Positions 56,703 to 64,000 of a stretch of DNA of 64,000 bases are shown one piece after another. Source of the stretch: Candidatus Daviesbacteria bacterium. GTDB lineage: Bacteria; Patescibacteriota; Microgenomatia; Daviesbacterales; UBA10151. The notes beneath the pieces were generated by a model that was given only the letters and a program-made list of their open reading frames with translations, searched no databases and was not told where the DNA came from. The translations under genes were made by a program, and so were the position numbers. Location of the stretch: NCBI GenBank assembly GCA_016176335.1, contig JACOXI010000004.1:146303-210302 (forward strand), written 5' to 3'. Every line of letters starts with the position of its first letter. Position 1 is the stretch's first letter.

Positions 56703-58076
56703 TCAACGTCGGAGATTGATCTCCAAGACTTTGTCCAGTCTGCTCTTTACCCTTTTTGTGTAAACCACATTATATTTGGGGAAGTATAAAAAGGTAGCCG
56801 GAGCATCTTCCAAGAGAGTTTTTTGAAAATCAAAATACAAACTTTTTCTTTCTGCCTCAACTATCACTTTCCTGCCGTCCTCCAAATCCTTGTCAACTCT
56901 TTTTGAATCATACTTAGTTAAATTGGTTTTTGTTTGGGTGGCATGCCACAAGAGATATTGATCAGGATCGGTAGGAATGCTTTGCGTAATTAAAAGTGCT
57001 TGAAAGTTTTGCGGTATGCCGGATTCAATCCGCAGCTTCACATCAAATCCCAGGGTTTGCCATCTTTCAACCACCGCTCTACCTATATCCTCCAGATTGG
57101 GAGTAGCTGTTAAAATAATCTCCGCCTTCAGCATATCCTTGGCTAAGGCAGATTTGGCCCGATCTAAAGCAGCCTCTGCCTCTTGGGTATTAGATAAGTA
57201 TTTTTTTGCGGAAGCATCATAGGCCCAAAAAGTAGGAGGATAAGGATTGTTGGCTTCGATCTTGTCCGCAATTTTGGGTGTGATATAACTTAAAGCCTGA
57301 CGTAAAGATCTGTTGGATAATAAGGAATCGTTTGTATTAAATAAAATCGAAACAATTTTTGTGAAATCCGGACTTTGCGATATATTGACTTTGGGATTTT
57401 CCGAAAATAGTTTTGGGTTTGATATACCCATAATTGAGGAAACCTCACCCAGATTAAAACCGGTTATGGCCACTTTTTCATTAGGGTAAAAACGGATCTG
57501 GACCATCGGCAGGTTCGGATTATTACTCTCCAAGACAATTTTAGTGATAAAAATTCTGCTCTTTTCAGTCCTAGTTACTTGATATGGACCTGTTCCAATC
57601 AACGATCCTTTTTTGAAAACAGGTTGTGTCAAAAGCGATGGAAGAGGAGAGTAGGACTCTTTTAGGTTGAACTGAATAGTTTTTTCGTCCGGGAAAGTGA
57701 CTTCTGTATTGGGGATATTAAAAATAATGTCCGAAGCTTGTATAGGTGTGCCGTCACTCCACAAAAGACCATCCTTAAGCCTGAATCTAAATTCGGTGGC
57801 GCTATTATTTATTTCCCAGTCTGTCACAATATTCGGTTTGACCCTACCGTTTTCATCTGTTGTAACCAAACTTTCCGAAATGAGTTTGGTAACCTCCAAA
57901 GGTATATCGTGTTCTTGGTATGTTCCTATTAGACCAATTCTCACCATATTTGTCGGATAAAAAAAGCTAAATTTAAATTGCAATAAAAAAATCGCAGCAA
58001 AGAAGATTAAACCAAACCAAAACCAACCAATGTGTCTTCTGATGACTTCCAAAACAATTAGTATCCAAACTTTCAT
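56703..58076 (-). CDS. membrane-anchored solute-binding protein, family 5 (OppA/DppA-like)
   Basis: N-terminal TM, followed by an SBP_bac_5-like domain. Confidence 0.55.
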   Translation of the reverse strand: MKVWILIVLEVIRRHIGWFWFGLIFFAAIFLLQFKFSFFYPTNMVRIGLIGTYQEHDIPLEVTKLISESLVTTDENGRVKPNIVTDWEINNSATEFRFRLKDGLLWSDGTPIQASDIIFNIPNTEVTFPDEKTIQFNLKESYSPLPSLLTQPVFKKGSLIGTGPYQVTRTEKSRIFITKIVLESNNPNLPMVQIRFYPNEKVAITGFNLGEVSSIMGISNPKLFSENPKVNISQSPDFTKIVSILFNTNDSLLSNRSLRQALSYITPKIADKIEANNPYPPTFWAYDASAKKYLSNTQEAEAALDRAKSALAKDMLKAEIILTATPNLEDIGRAVVERWQTLGFDVKLRIESGIPQNFQALLITQSIPTDPDQYLLWHATQTKTNLTKYDSKRVDKDLEDGRKVIVEAERKSLYFDFQKTLLEDAPATFLYFPKYNVVYTKRVKSRLDKVLEINLRR

Positions 58077-58077
58077 T

Positions 58078-58293
58078 TTATATGATAAGACCGATTAGGG
58101 AGGCTAATATAAAAATACCGGAAAGGGCAATGGTTGCATAAAAAAGCAATTTCTCCGCCCCCCGTTTAGTTCGGTAGAAAGAAAGATCACCCCCAAAAGC
58201 AGTGCCAATTCCAGACCCTTTTTGCTGGATAATGATCACTAAAATAAGCAAAATTCCCAAAATAATTTGAATAATAAAAATTACAGATTTCAC
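58078..58293 (-). CDS. secG: preprotein translocase subunit SecG
   Basis: 71 aa with two TM helices flanking the LLILVIIIQQKGSGIGTAFGG loop typical of SecG. Confidence 0.75.
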   Translation of the reverse strand: MKSVIFIIQIILGILLILVIIIQQKGSGIGTAFGGDLSFYRTKRGAEKLLFYATIALSGIFILASLIGLII

Positions 58294-58355
58294 GAAGATA
58301 ACATTATATCACGAAGTAATACAAGCTTTGCGAAGTAAGGGGCTTATACCATTAA

Positions 58356-58754
58356 TTAGCGGGACAACCACTGCAGGAAATGGGTGATAAAGCCAATTAA
58401 AAGTGATGCTAAAACAGCCACCCAAAAAGTGGAAAGGTCTAAAGAGGGAATAATAAATCCCCCAATTGTGCCGCCAGGATAAAAGTATGGCAATAATTTA
58501 AAATCGGAAATGGTAGTTAGTGCGAATAGTGCCACTATGTTTGTTACCCAAGCAAATAAACCCAAAGTCAAAAGATTAAGTGGTAAAAGCAGTACTTTAA
58601 GAAGGGGCACTAAAATAAGATTAATAACCATAAAGGCAAATGAGGCGATAAAAAGACTCTTTACTCCGCCTGAATAGCTTAAACCGGGGATCAACCTTGT
58701 TGTTATCCAAAGAGATGTCAAGTTAATAAGAAAGTAGCGAAGTAGTGTTTTCAT
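58356..58754 (-). CDS. small polytopic membrane protein (YvlD/DUF360-like)
   Basis: 132 aa with 4 TM helices. Confidence 0.4.
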   Translation of the reverse strand: MKTLLRYFLINLTSLWITTRLIPGLSYSGGVKSLFIASFAFMVINLILVPLLKVLLLPLNLLTLGLFAWVTNIVALFALTTISDFKLLPYFYPGGTIGGFIIPSLDLSTFWVAVLASLLIGFITHFLQWLSR

Positions 58755-60004
58755 CCAGTAATTATTGTATCACGCAATTTTCTATGATAACTTATGGCAA
58801 ATCTATGTGCTTCATCCCGTAATTTCTGTAAGAGCTTCAGTGACAAACTTTTTCTTGACAATTTAATAATTTCTCCTTCCGGCGGATATAGCCATTCCAT
58901 ACGTTTTGCCAGGCCAAATACCGGGATTCCGAATTTTACTGCCCTCGCCTGTCCTTTCCCCCCGTCAACTATAATTAAATCAGGAGTAGGCCATTCTTTG
59001 TGATTTAATCGGCGTCTGATTATTTCTCCCATCATCCCTGTATCATTAGGCTTTGAATTCATGCGAATCCTAAATTTTCTGTACTGGGATTTATCTATCT
59101 CACCCGAGGATATAACCACCATTGAACCGACAGCCTCTTTACCCGCTATATTGGAAATATCATATCCTTCAATCCTATGGGGTAATTTAGGCAAGTTCAA
59201 ATCTGTTTGCAGCTGCTTTAGCGCAAGTTGTTTCTCCTCTTGTAAAAAATTTGGGTTCTGTAAATACAAATCTGTTCTGTTTGGTTGGGTTAAATATGCA
59301 ATACCTTGAAGCATTCTTTTAATCTTTAGGGCTTGTTCAAACATTTGCTCATCTGATAACCTCATCATATCCAAAGTTAACTCCGACACCAACTTCCTCT
59401 TTTTCCCATCCATGAATTTGGAAAACCTATTAATAATTTTGCCATAATCTTGTTTGTTGATTAGTCCAACACAGGCCCCCGGACAAAGTCCCAAGTGATA
59501 GTAAAAACACGGACGGAACCGTGTTTTGCGATAACAAGGATTAGAACACCATGGAAAAACTTTTCTTAACTGTTTTAAAGTATCCCAAACATTCCTGCTT
59601 GATGGAAATGGCCCCCAATATTTTTCTGTTTTTTCCAAATCAGGTTTTCTGGCGGTAATGACTTTTGGAAAGAATTCTCTGGTAATGGCTATGTACAAAT
59701 AATCCTTATCATCGGTCAGTCTGACATTAAAAGGAGGTCTGCATTTCTTGATTAAGTTTGCCTCCAGGATCAATGCTTCCAATTCCGACTCAACCACAAT
59801 AGTTTCTAAAGATGCTATCTCCAAAATCATAGCTTTGGACTTGATGTTCCCATATGACGAGCGGGAATTCGAAAAATATGAGGCCACCCGATGGTAGAGT
59901 TCGATTGCCTTACCCACATATATCACATCGCCTCTCTTATCCTTAAAGATATATACTCCACTCTTGTGGGGCAATTTAGACCGGTCTAAAAAATTCGGAA
60001 GCAT
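58751..60004 (-). CDS. uvrC: excinuclease ABC subunit C homolog, short form lacking the C-terminal (HhH)2 domain
   Basis: GIY-YIG GVYIFKDKRGDVIYVGKA. UvrC endonuclease region FDISN..G...VGSMVV, PDLIIVDGGKGQ. Only 417 aa. Confidence 0.8.
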   Translation of the reverse strand: MLPNFLDRSKLPHKSGVYIFKDKRGDVIYVGKAIELYHRVASYFSNSRSSYGNIKSKAMILEIASLETIVVESELEALILEANLIKKCRPPFNVRLTDDKDYLYIAITREFFPKVITARKPDLEKTEKYWGPFPSSRNVWDTLKQLRKVFPWCSNPCYRKTRFRPCFYYHLGLCPGACVGLINKQDYGKIINRFSKFMDGKKRKLVSELTLDMMRLSDEQMFEQALKIKRMLQGIAYLTQPNRTDLYLQNPNFLQEEKQLALKQLQTDLNLPKLPHRIEGYDISNIAGKEAVGSMVVISSGEIDKSQYRKFRIRMNSKPNDTGMMGEIIRRRLNHKEWPTPDLIIVDGGKGQARAVKFGIPVFGLAKRMEWLYPPEGEIIKLSRKSLSLKLLQKLRDEAHRFAISYHRKLRDTIITG

Positions 60005-60005
60005 A

Positions 60006-61898
60006 TTATTTTTTTTGAGACTTTTTTAAAAACCTTCTTCGGTAGAGAAGAACAGCCAATATAGCCCCGTATAAAATGACCATAGCCAAAACTATTCCCA
60101 TTGCAAAAAGCGGTATTGTTTGAAAAAGAAAGAATGGTTCAACTGAAAGCCCTTTCGTAAATTTCATACTACCTACATAAACTGCAATCTCATCATCAAA
60201 TTTATCAAACAGTGATTTGGTGCGGATATTATATTCAAAGGTGACCATACCAAATGCCGGGATTGGACCTAAATTCTTACTAAGGGAGTCCAAAATGCTA
60301 ATTTTTTTACTACCTACCGCAAAAGCTGCTGAAGGAAAAACAGCATTGCCTGAATTTGTAATGTTAACCTTTATTTTTGAGGGGAATCCCGCAAAAATGG
60401 TTTTTGGTACATCAATTTGTACTCCGATTGCAGGTTTGCCTAAAAAATCAACATCAGTCAAAGAAACTTTGACATCATGGGAATCTTGCCCAATATATTT
60501 GTATGATCCTGCAGGCACCGGTTGCTCCGAAGAAGCACCTCTTATTGCAAAAACAAAGTGATTTAGATCCAACTTATTAAAGTAATCTACTCCTCCTGTG
60601 GTGTTCTCCCAAGTCGGGTCAACCATTACCCAACCTTTTCTCTCATTCCAGTATTCCGGCCAAGCGTGTAATACATCTTTAGTCAGGGATAGCGGTCGTA
60701 AAGCAGGATTTGCCGTATATGCGAAGCCGTCGAGTTCTCTTGCTGCAATTCCGGCGGCCCGGGCCAATGCTATAAACAAATCTGTAAATTCCATGCAGAC
60801 AGCGGAAGTTGGGTTGGAAAGAACTGTTGTGGCACCTAATCTTTCAATGTTACCCTCCTTAAGTCTTGCAGGGTTGTATTTTAGGGAATTGACAACATAC
60901 CTATAGATAAGTTCTACTTTCTTGGAAGAATCAGCTGGCGGATTGGCACCTAAAATGCCTTCCAATGTTGTCATAATTTGAGGATTATCTTTTTCCCAAT
61001 ACTTTGAGCCTTCAGTATACTTTTTCCTTAAATTTTCACTTATTACCGGTTCTTTGGCTTTGGAGGTGGTGTAAAGTTTTGCGGAACCTAACACTTTAAC
61101 ATCCAATCTCTGACCCCTTGTAAGTTTATACCAGGCCAAATAGTTACCGTCCAAATCTACAGTTACATTAACAGGTGGCGGCGTAATTCTCTGAAATATC
61201 ACGTCCTGAAAAGCTGTATCAGGAGGTAATGCTATGTTTGTCAGGATTGGAACTATATTATTATTCTCAAGATGAAAGGTCAGGTCAAAATCAAACAGTT
61301 GATTGTTCCCGAAACTTGCAGAAACCCCCGCAGTTGCCAGTTGATCTTTGTTGAAGGTAAAAAACACTTTACCGGAACTTGAAGTCTGACTTTTGGGTGT
61401 TGGACTGATTAGGGTTGGCTCACCAAAGCTTTGGGGTACGGACAAGGTTAAGTTGTAATTTTCCAAATTGGAAACTGAAGAAATTCTGGGAGCACGCACT
61501 TCCCAAATCTTGCCAATTCTTTCCGCAAAATCTTTGGATTTAAATTGCAAAGTCCAAGGTATCTCTTTTCCCAAACCTGCCACCTGTTGGTTAAACTTAA
61601 CCGTGATAATTGTTGAGGTATCTTGTAGCTTTGATGATACTTCCAAAGCTCCACCCGGGTCAGAGCCTTTAATGTCAAAAATGTCTGTTGCTCCGATTGT
61701 CAGTTTAAACTCGCTGGCATAATACTGGGAAGTTAAATTACGCAAGGTGACTTTTTCGGTGACAGTTGTGATTCCGTCGGATGAGATGTCATACACCACA
61801 TCATAAGAAGTGGCAAACTCTTGAGCATAAGTTTTTGGGACAAAGAAAAGGGCAAAAAATAAACAAAATACCAACAAAATCTTCTTAAACATTCCCAC
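60006..61898 (-). CDS. transglutaminase-like enzyme, exported, with a C-terminal TM anchor
   Basis: Signal peptide. Core AVCMEFTDLFIALARAAGIAAR (Cys-His-Asp transglutaminase fold). C-terminal TM plus a basic tail. Confidence 0.75.
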   Translation of the reverse strand: MGMFKKILLVFCLFFALFFVPKTYAQEFATSYDVVYDISSDGITTVTEKVTLRNLTSQYYASEFKLTIGATDIFDIKGSDPGGALEVSSKLQDTSTIITVKFNQQVAGLGKEIPWTLQFKSKDFAERIGKIWEVRAPRISSVSNLENYNLTLSVPQSFGEPTLISPTPKSQTSSSGKVFFTFNKDQLATAGVSASFGNNQLFDFDLTFHLENNNIVPILTNIALPPDTAFQDVIFQRITPPPVNVTVDLDGNYLAWYKLTRGQRLDVKVLGSAKLYTTSKAKEPVISENLRKKYTEGSKYWEKDNPQIMTTLEGILGANPPADSSKKVELIYRYVVNSLKYNPARLKEGNIERLGATTVLSNPTSAVCMEFTDLFIALARAAGIAARELDGFAYTANPALRPLSLTKDVLHAWPEYWNERKGWVMVDPTWENTTGGVDYFNKLDLNHFVFAIRGASSEQPVPAGSYKYIGQDSHDVKVSLTDVDFLGKPAIGVQIDVPKTIFAGFPSKIKVNITNSGNAVFPSAAFAVGSKKISILDSLSKNLGPIPAFGMVTFEYNIRTKSLFDKFDDEIAVYVGSMKFTKGLSVEPFFLFQTIPLFAMGIVLAMVILYGAILAVLLYRRRFLKKSQKK

Positions 61899-64000
61899 TA
61901 TTGTAACATCTTCCTTGCTAGATATTGGCCTGTGTAAGAGGATTTTATTTTGGCAATATCTTTGGGAGAACCTTCAGCAATAACCTGTCCGCCCTGATCC
62001 CCGCCTTCCGGGCCTAAATCTATTACCCAGTCGGTATTTTTAATTACATCCAAATTATGCTCAATAATAATTACAGTATTTCCGAAGTTTACTAATTTTC
62101 TTAATATATTTAATAGCCTTTCTATGTCCGCAAAATGCAAACCGGTTGTGGGTTCATCCAGAATATAAATTGTCTGTCCTGTCGGTCTTTTGGAAAGCTC
62201 TGCAGATAGTTTAATTCTTTGGGCTTCACCTCCGGATAAGGTCGGGGCACTCTGGCCCAATTTTATATAACCTAAACCTACATCATCGAGCACTTGAAGT
62301 TTATTTTTAATATTTGGTATATTTTCAAAAAATCCCAAAGCCTCCGCAACGCTCATGATCAAAACCTCGGCTATATTTTTATCTTTGAAATGAATGTCCA
62401 AAGCTTCTCTGTTATATCTTGCACCATTGCAGCCTTCACAAGTCACATACACATCCGGCAAAAATTGCATTTCTATTTTCAGCTGACCTTCACCCTCGCA
62501 AACCTCACACCTACCCCCCTTAACATTAAAAGAAAATCTTCCAGGCCCATAACCTTTGATCTTGGCTTCTCGAGAGGAAGCAAATAAATCTCTGATAAAA
62601 GTAAAAGCCCCGGTGTAGGTGGCCGGATTTGAACGGGGAGTGCGACCAATTGGTGATTGGTCAACCAAAACCACTTTATCTAATAATTCCAACCCTTGCA
62701 ATTCCCGAAAACGGCCAGGTTTTTCTCTGGATCCGTAGATTTTTTGAGCCAAGGCCTTATATAAAATATCGTGTATAAGGGTTGACTTACCTGATCCTGA
62801 AACGCCGGTTATTGCAATAAATTTGCCTAAAGGAAAACTGACATTGATATTTTTTAAATTATGTTCGGCAGCACCCAAAAGTTTTAAATGACCATTTTGA
62901 GTAGATCCTTCGACTCGTCTTCGACCCTGAGGCTCAGACCCGAAGGGCTGCGCTCGCTCAGGATGACCTACGGTCACCTGTTTTTTTCCGGAGAGATATT
63001 GCCCTGTCAAAGATCTAGCGCTCTTTTTGATCTCTGAAGATGTTCCTATAGCCACAATTTCCCCTCCATGCTCCCCTGCTCCGGGTCCGATTTCAATCAA
63101 AAGGTCGGAATTTTCCATAGTTTCCGCATCATGTTCATTCACAATCACGGTATTACCCAAATCACGAAGTTTTTTTAAAGTATCAATCAATCTGGAATTA
63201 TCCCGCTGATGCAGTCCGATTGAGGGTTCATCCAAAACATACAGCACTCCTGATAATCCCGACCCGATTTGGGAGGCAAGCCTGATTCTTTGTGATTCTC
63301 CGCCTGCCAAGGTCATAGAAGCTCTGTCCAAAGTTAGATAATCCAACCCTACATTGATTAGAAATTGAATTCTGGATTTAATCTCCTTTAAAATCGGTGT
63401 AGCAATTTGCATTTCCCGATCAGAATAGGAGACATTTTTTACCCATTCCAGTGCTTGAGAAATAGATTGGCTTGTGACTTCCGCAATATTTAATCCTTCT
63501 ATGGTTATGGATAATGCCTCCTCTTTCAACCTTGCTCCGGCGCAACCCGGACAGATTTCTTTCACCATGTATTTTTCAATCTCCGCCTTAACATAATCTG
63601 ATTCGGAACTGTCATATCTTTCTTTAAGATATGACACTAAACCCTGAAAAGTTGAATAAAAATGAGTCCATTTTCCCTGCCTGTTTCTGCCCTCAACTTT
63701 AAACTGTTGTTCCCCTGTCCCCCTAAGCAATACTTTTTTTGCTTCCTCGGGAAATTTTTCCAATCTGGTATTCATATCAAAACCGTACTTTTTTCCCACA
63801 GCCTCAATTACCCTGGTAAACCAGGTTTCATTAGTGGCCAGTTTGCTCATGGGTAAAATGCCTCCCTCTGCAATGGAAAGAATTGGATTCAAAATCGTTG
63901 CCTCGTCAATCAAAAGAAGCGATCCTAAACCGGTGCAAAGGGAACAGGCACCATGAGGTGAATTAAAAGATAAAAGACGGGGCTCAATTTCTGAAAAAGC
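61898..64000 (-). CDS. uvrA: excinuclease ABC subunit A (partial; N-terminus beyond the window end)
   Basis: Two ABC ATPase modules, zinc-finger Cys pairs and GVSGSGKST. The reading frame continues past 63913 to the window edge. In-frame GC-rich insert at 62906-62968. Confidence 0.93.
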   Translation of the reverse strand, partial: AFSEIEPRLLSFNSPHGACSLCTGLGSLLLIDEATILNPILSIAEGGILPMSKLATNETWFTRVIEAVGKKYGFDMNTRLEKFPEEAKKVLLRGTGEQQFKVEGRNRQGKWTHFYSTFQGLVSYLKERYDSSESDYVKAEIEKYMVKEICPGCAGARLKEEALSITIEGLNIAEVTSQSISQALEWVKNVSYSDREMQIATPILKEIKSRIQFLINVGLDYLTLDRASMTLAGGESQRIRLASQIGSGLSGVLYVLDEPSIGLHQRDNSRLIDTLKKLRDLGNTVIVNEHDAETMENSDLLIEIGPGAGEHGGEIVAIGTSSEIKKSARSLTGQYLSGKKQVTVGHPERAQPFGSEPQGRRRVEGSTQNGHLKLLGAAEHNLKNINVSFPLGKFIAITGVSGSGKSTLIHDILYKALAQKIYGSREKPGRFRELQGLELLDKVVLVDQSPIGRTPRSNPATYTGAFTFIRDLFASSREAKIKGYGPGRFSFNVKGGRCEVCEGEGQLKIEMQFLPDVYVTCEGCNGARYNREALDIHFKDKNIAEVLIMSVAEALGFFENIPNIKNKLQVLDDVGLGYIKLGQSAPTLSGGEAQRIKLSAELSKRPTGQTIYILDEPTTGLHFADIERLLNILRKLVNFGNTVIIIEHNLDVIKNTDWVIDLGPEGGDQGGQVIAEGSPKDIAKIKSSYTGQYLARKMLQ
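62906..62968. repeat. GC-rich palindromic element inserted in-frame in uvrA (adds about 16 aa: HPERAQPFGSEPQGRR)
   Basis: Termini TCCTTCGACT...CGCTCAGGA match the TCCTGAGCG/AGTCGAAGGA family. Local GC is about 65% against about 38% flanking. No frame disruption. Confidence 0.6.

Noticed and set aside
323-63856. Numerous 60 to 140-aa ORFs from the six-frame track nested inside or antisense to larger genes. Examples: 323-544, 405-608, 763-1032, 2932-3246, 3224-3499, 3312-3626, 14681-14932, 17468-17929, 22662-23011, 23430-23872, 27057-27526, 46739-47196, 50583-50891, 53123-53545, 55998-56420, 60217-60906, 62294-62664
   Set aside because: They overlap well-supported genes in another frame or strand, have no motifs and show skewed composition. 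They are treated as non-coding.
1-64000. CRISPR arrays, cas genes, restriction-modification or other recognisable defence systems
   Set aside because: No regularly spaced direct repeats and no Cas, RM, abortive-infection or toxin-antitoxin signatures were found. The only toxin-like proteins are the two Fic-domain proteins, both with an internal inhibitory motif.

Overview
This 64 kb window looks like a low-GC (roughly 37-40%), gene-dense bacterial chromosome segment. It has single scattered tRNA genes, many small hypothetical or secreted proteins and short intergenic spacers. That fits an uncultivated small-genome bacterium, possibly CPR/Patescibacteria-like, but the taxon call is only an inference.

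Housekeeping content:
- Amidophosphoribosyltransferase PurF, Y-family polymerase DinB, UDP-xylose synthase, translational GTPase TypA, SecG, a short UvrC and a partial UvrA.
- An oxidative pentose-phosphate cluster: cupin-type glucose-6-phosphate isomerase, Zwf, an HD phosphohydrolase, a HAD phosphatase and Gnd.
- A ROK sugar kinase.
- A MacA/MacB-type efflux cassette next to a hemolysin-III family membrane protein.
- A PQQ-dependent sugar dehydrogenase.
- Eight tRNA genes: Leu-TAA, Pro-TGG, Trp-CCA, Arg-TCT, His-GTG, Arg-TCG, Lys-CTT, plus the atypical loops noted for tRNA-His.

Accessory content that stands out:
1. A roughly 12.8 kb block bounded by a 12-bp direct repeat of the tRNA-Lys 3' end (41863 and 54689). 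It carries a second Fic gene, an rve-transposase remnant, a complete preQ0 (7-cyano-7-deazaguanine) pathway (folE2, queD, queE, queC) and a tailoring set. The tailoring set is a GT2 glycosyltransferase, a NodU-type carbamoyltransferase, an SHMT-like PLP enzyme, three methyltransferases, a P-loop kinase, an Erm/KsgA-like rRNA adenine methyltransferase and an aldo-keto reductase. I read it as a candidate 7-deazapurine nucleoside biosynthetic or modification island.
2. A fatty-acid/polyketide-like cassette of elevated GC (19752-26501): a frameshifted AccD-AccA fusion carboxyltransferase, an SDR, an SDR-hotdog fusion, a KAS and a methyltransferase.
3. An orphan pstB inserted between dinB and the UDP-xylose synthase gene. 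It is flanked by 45-bp direct repeats that duplicate the last 14 codons and stop codon of dinB.
4. Two paralogous 352-aa Fic proteins, each preceded by a different tandem array of 11-bp-period repeats next to its promoter.
5. A family of GC-rich palindromic mini-elements. Three copies are inserted in-frame in coding sequences, including uvrA.
6. 46-bp inverted repeats bracketing the efflux cassette.
7. A 15-bp duplicate of the tRNA-Arg 3' end followed by two hairpins.
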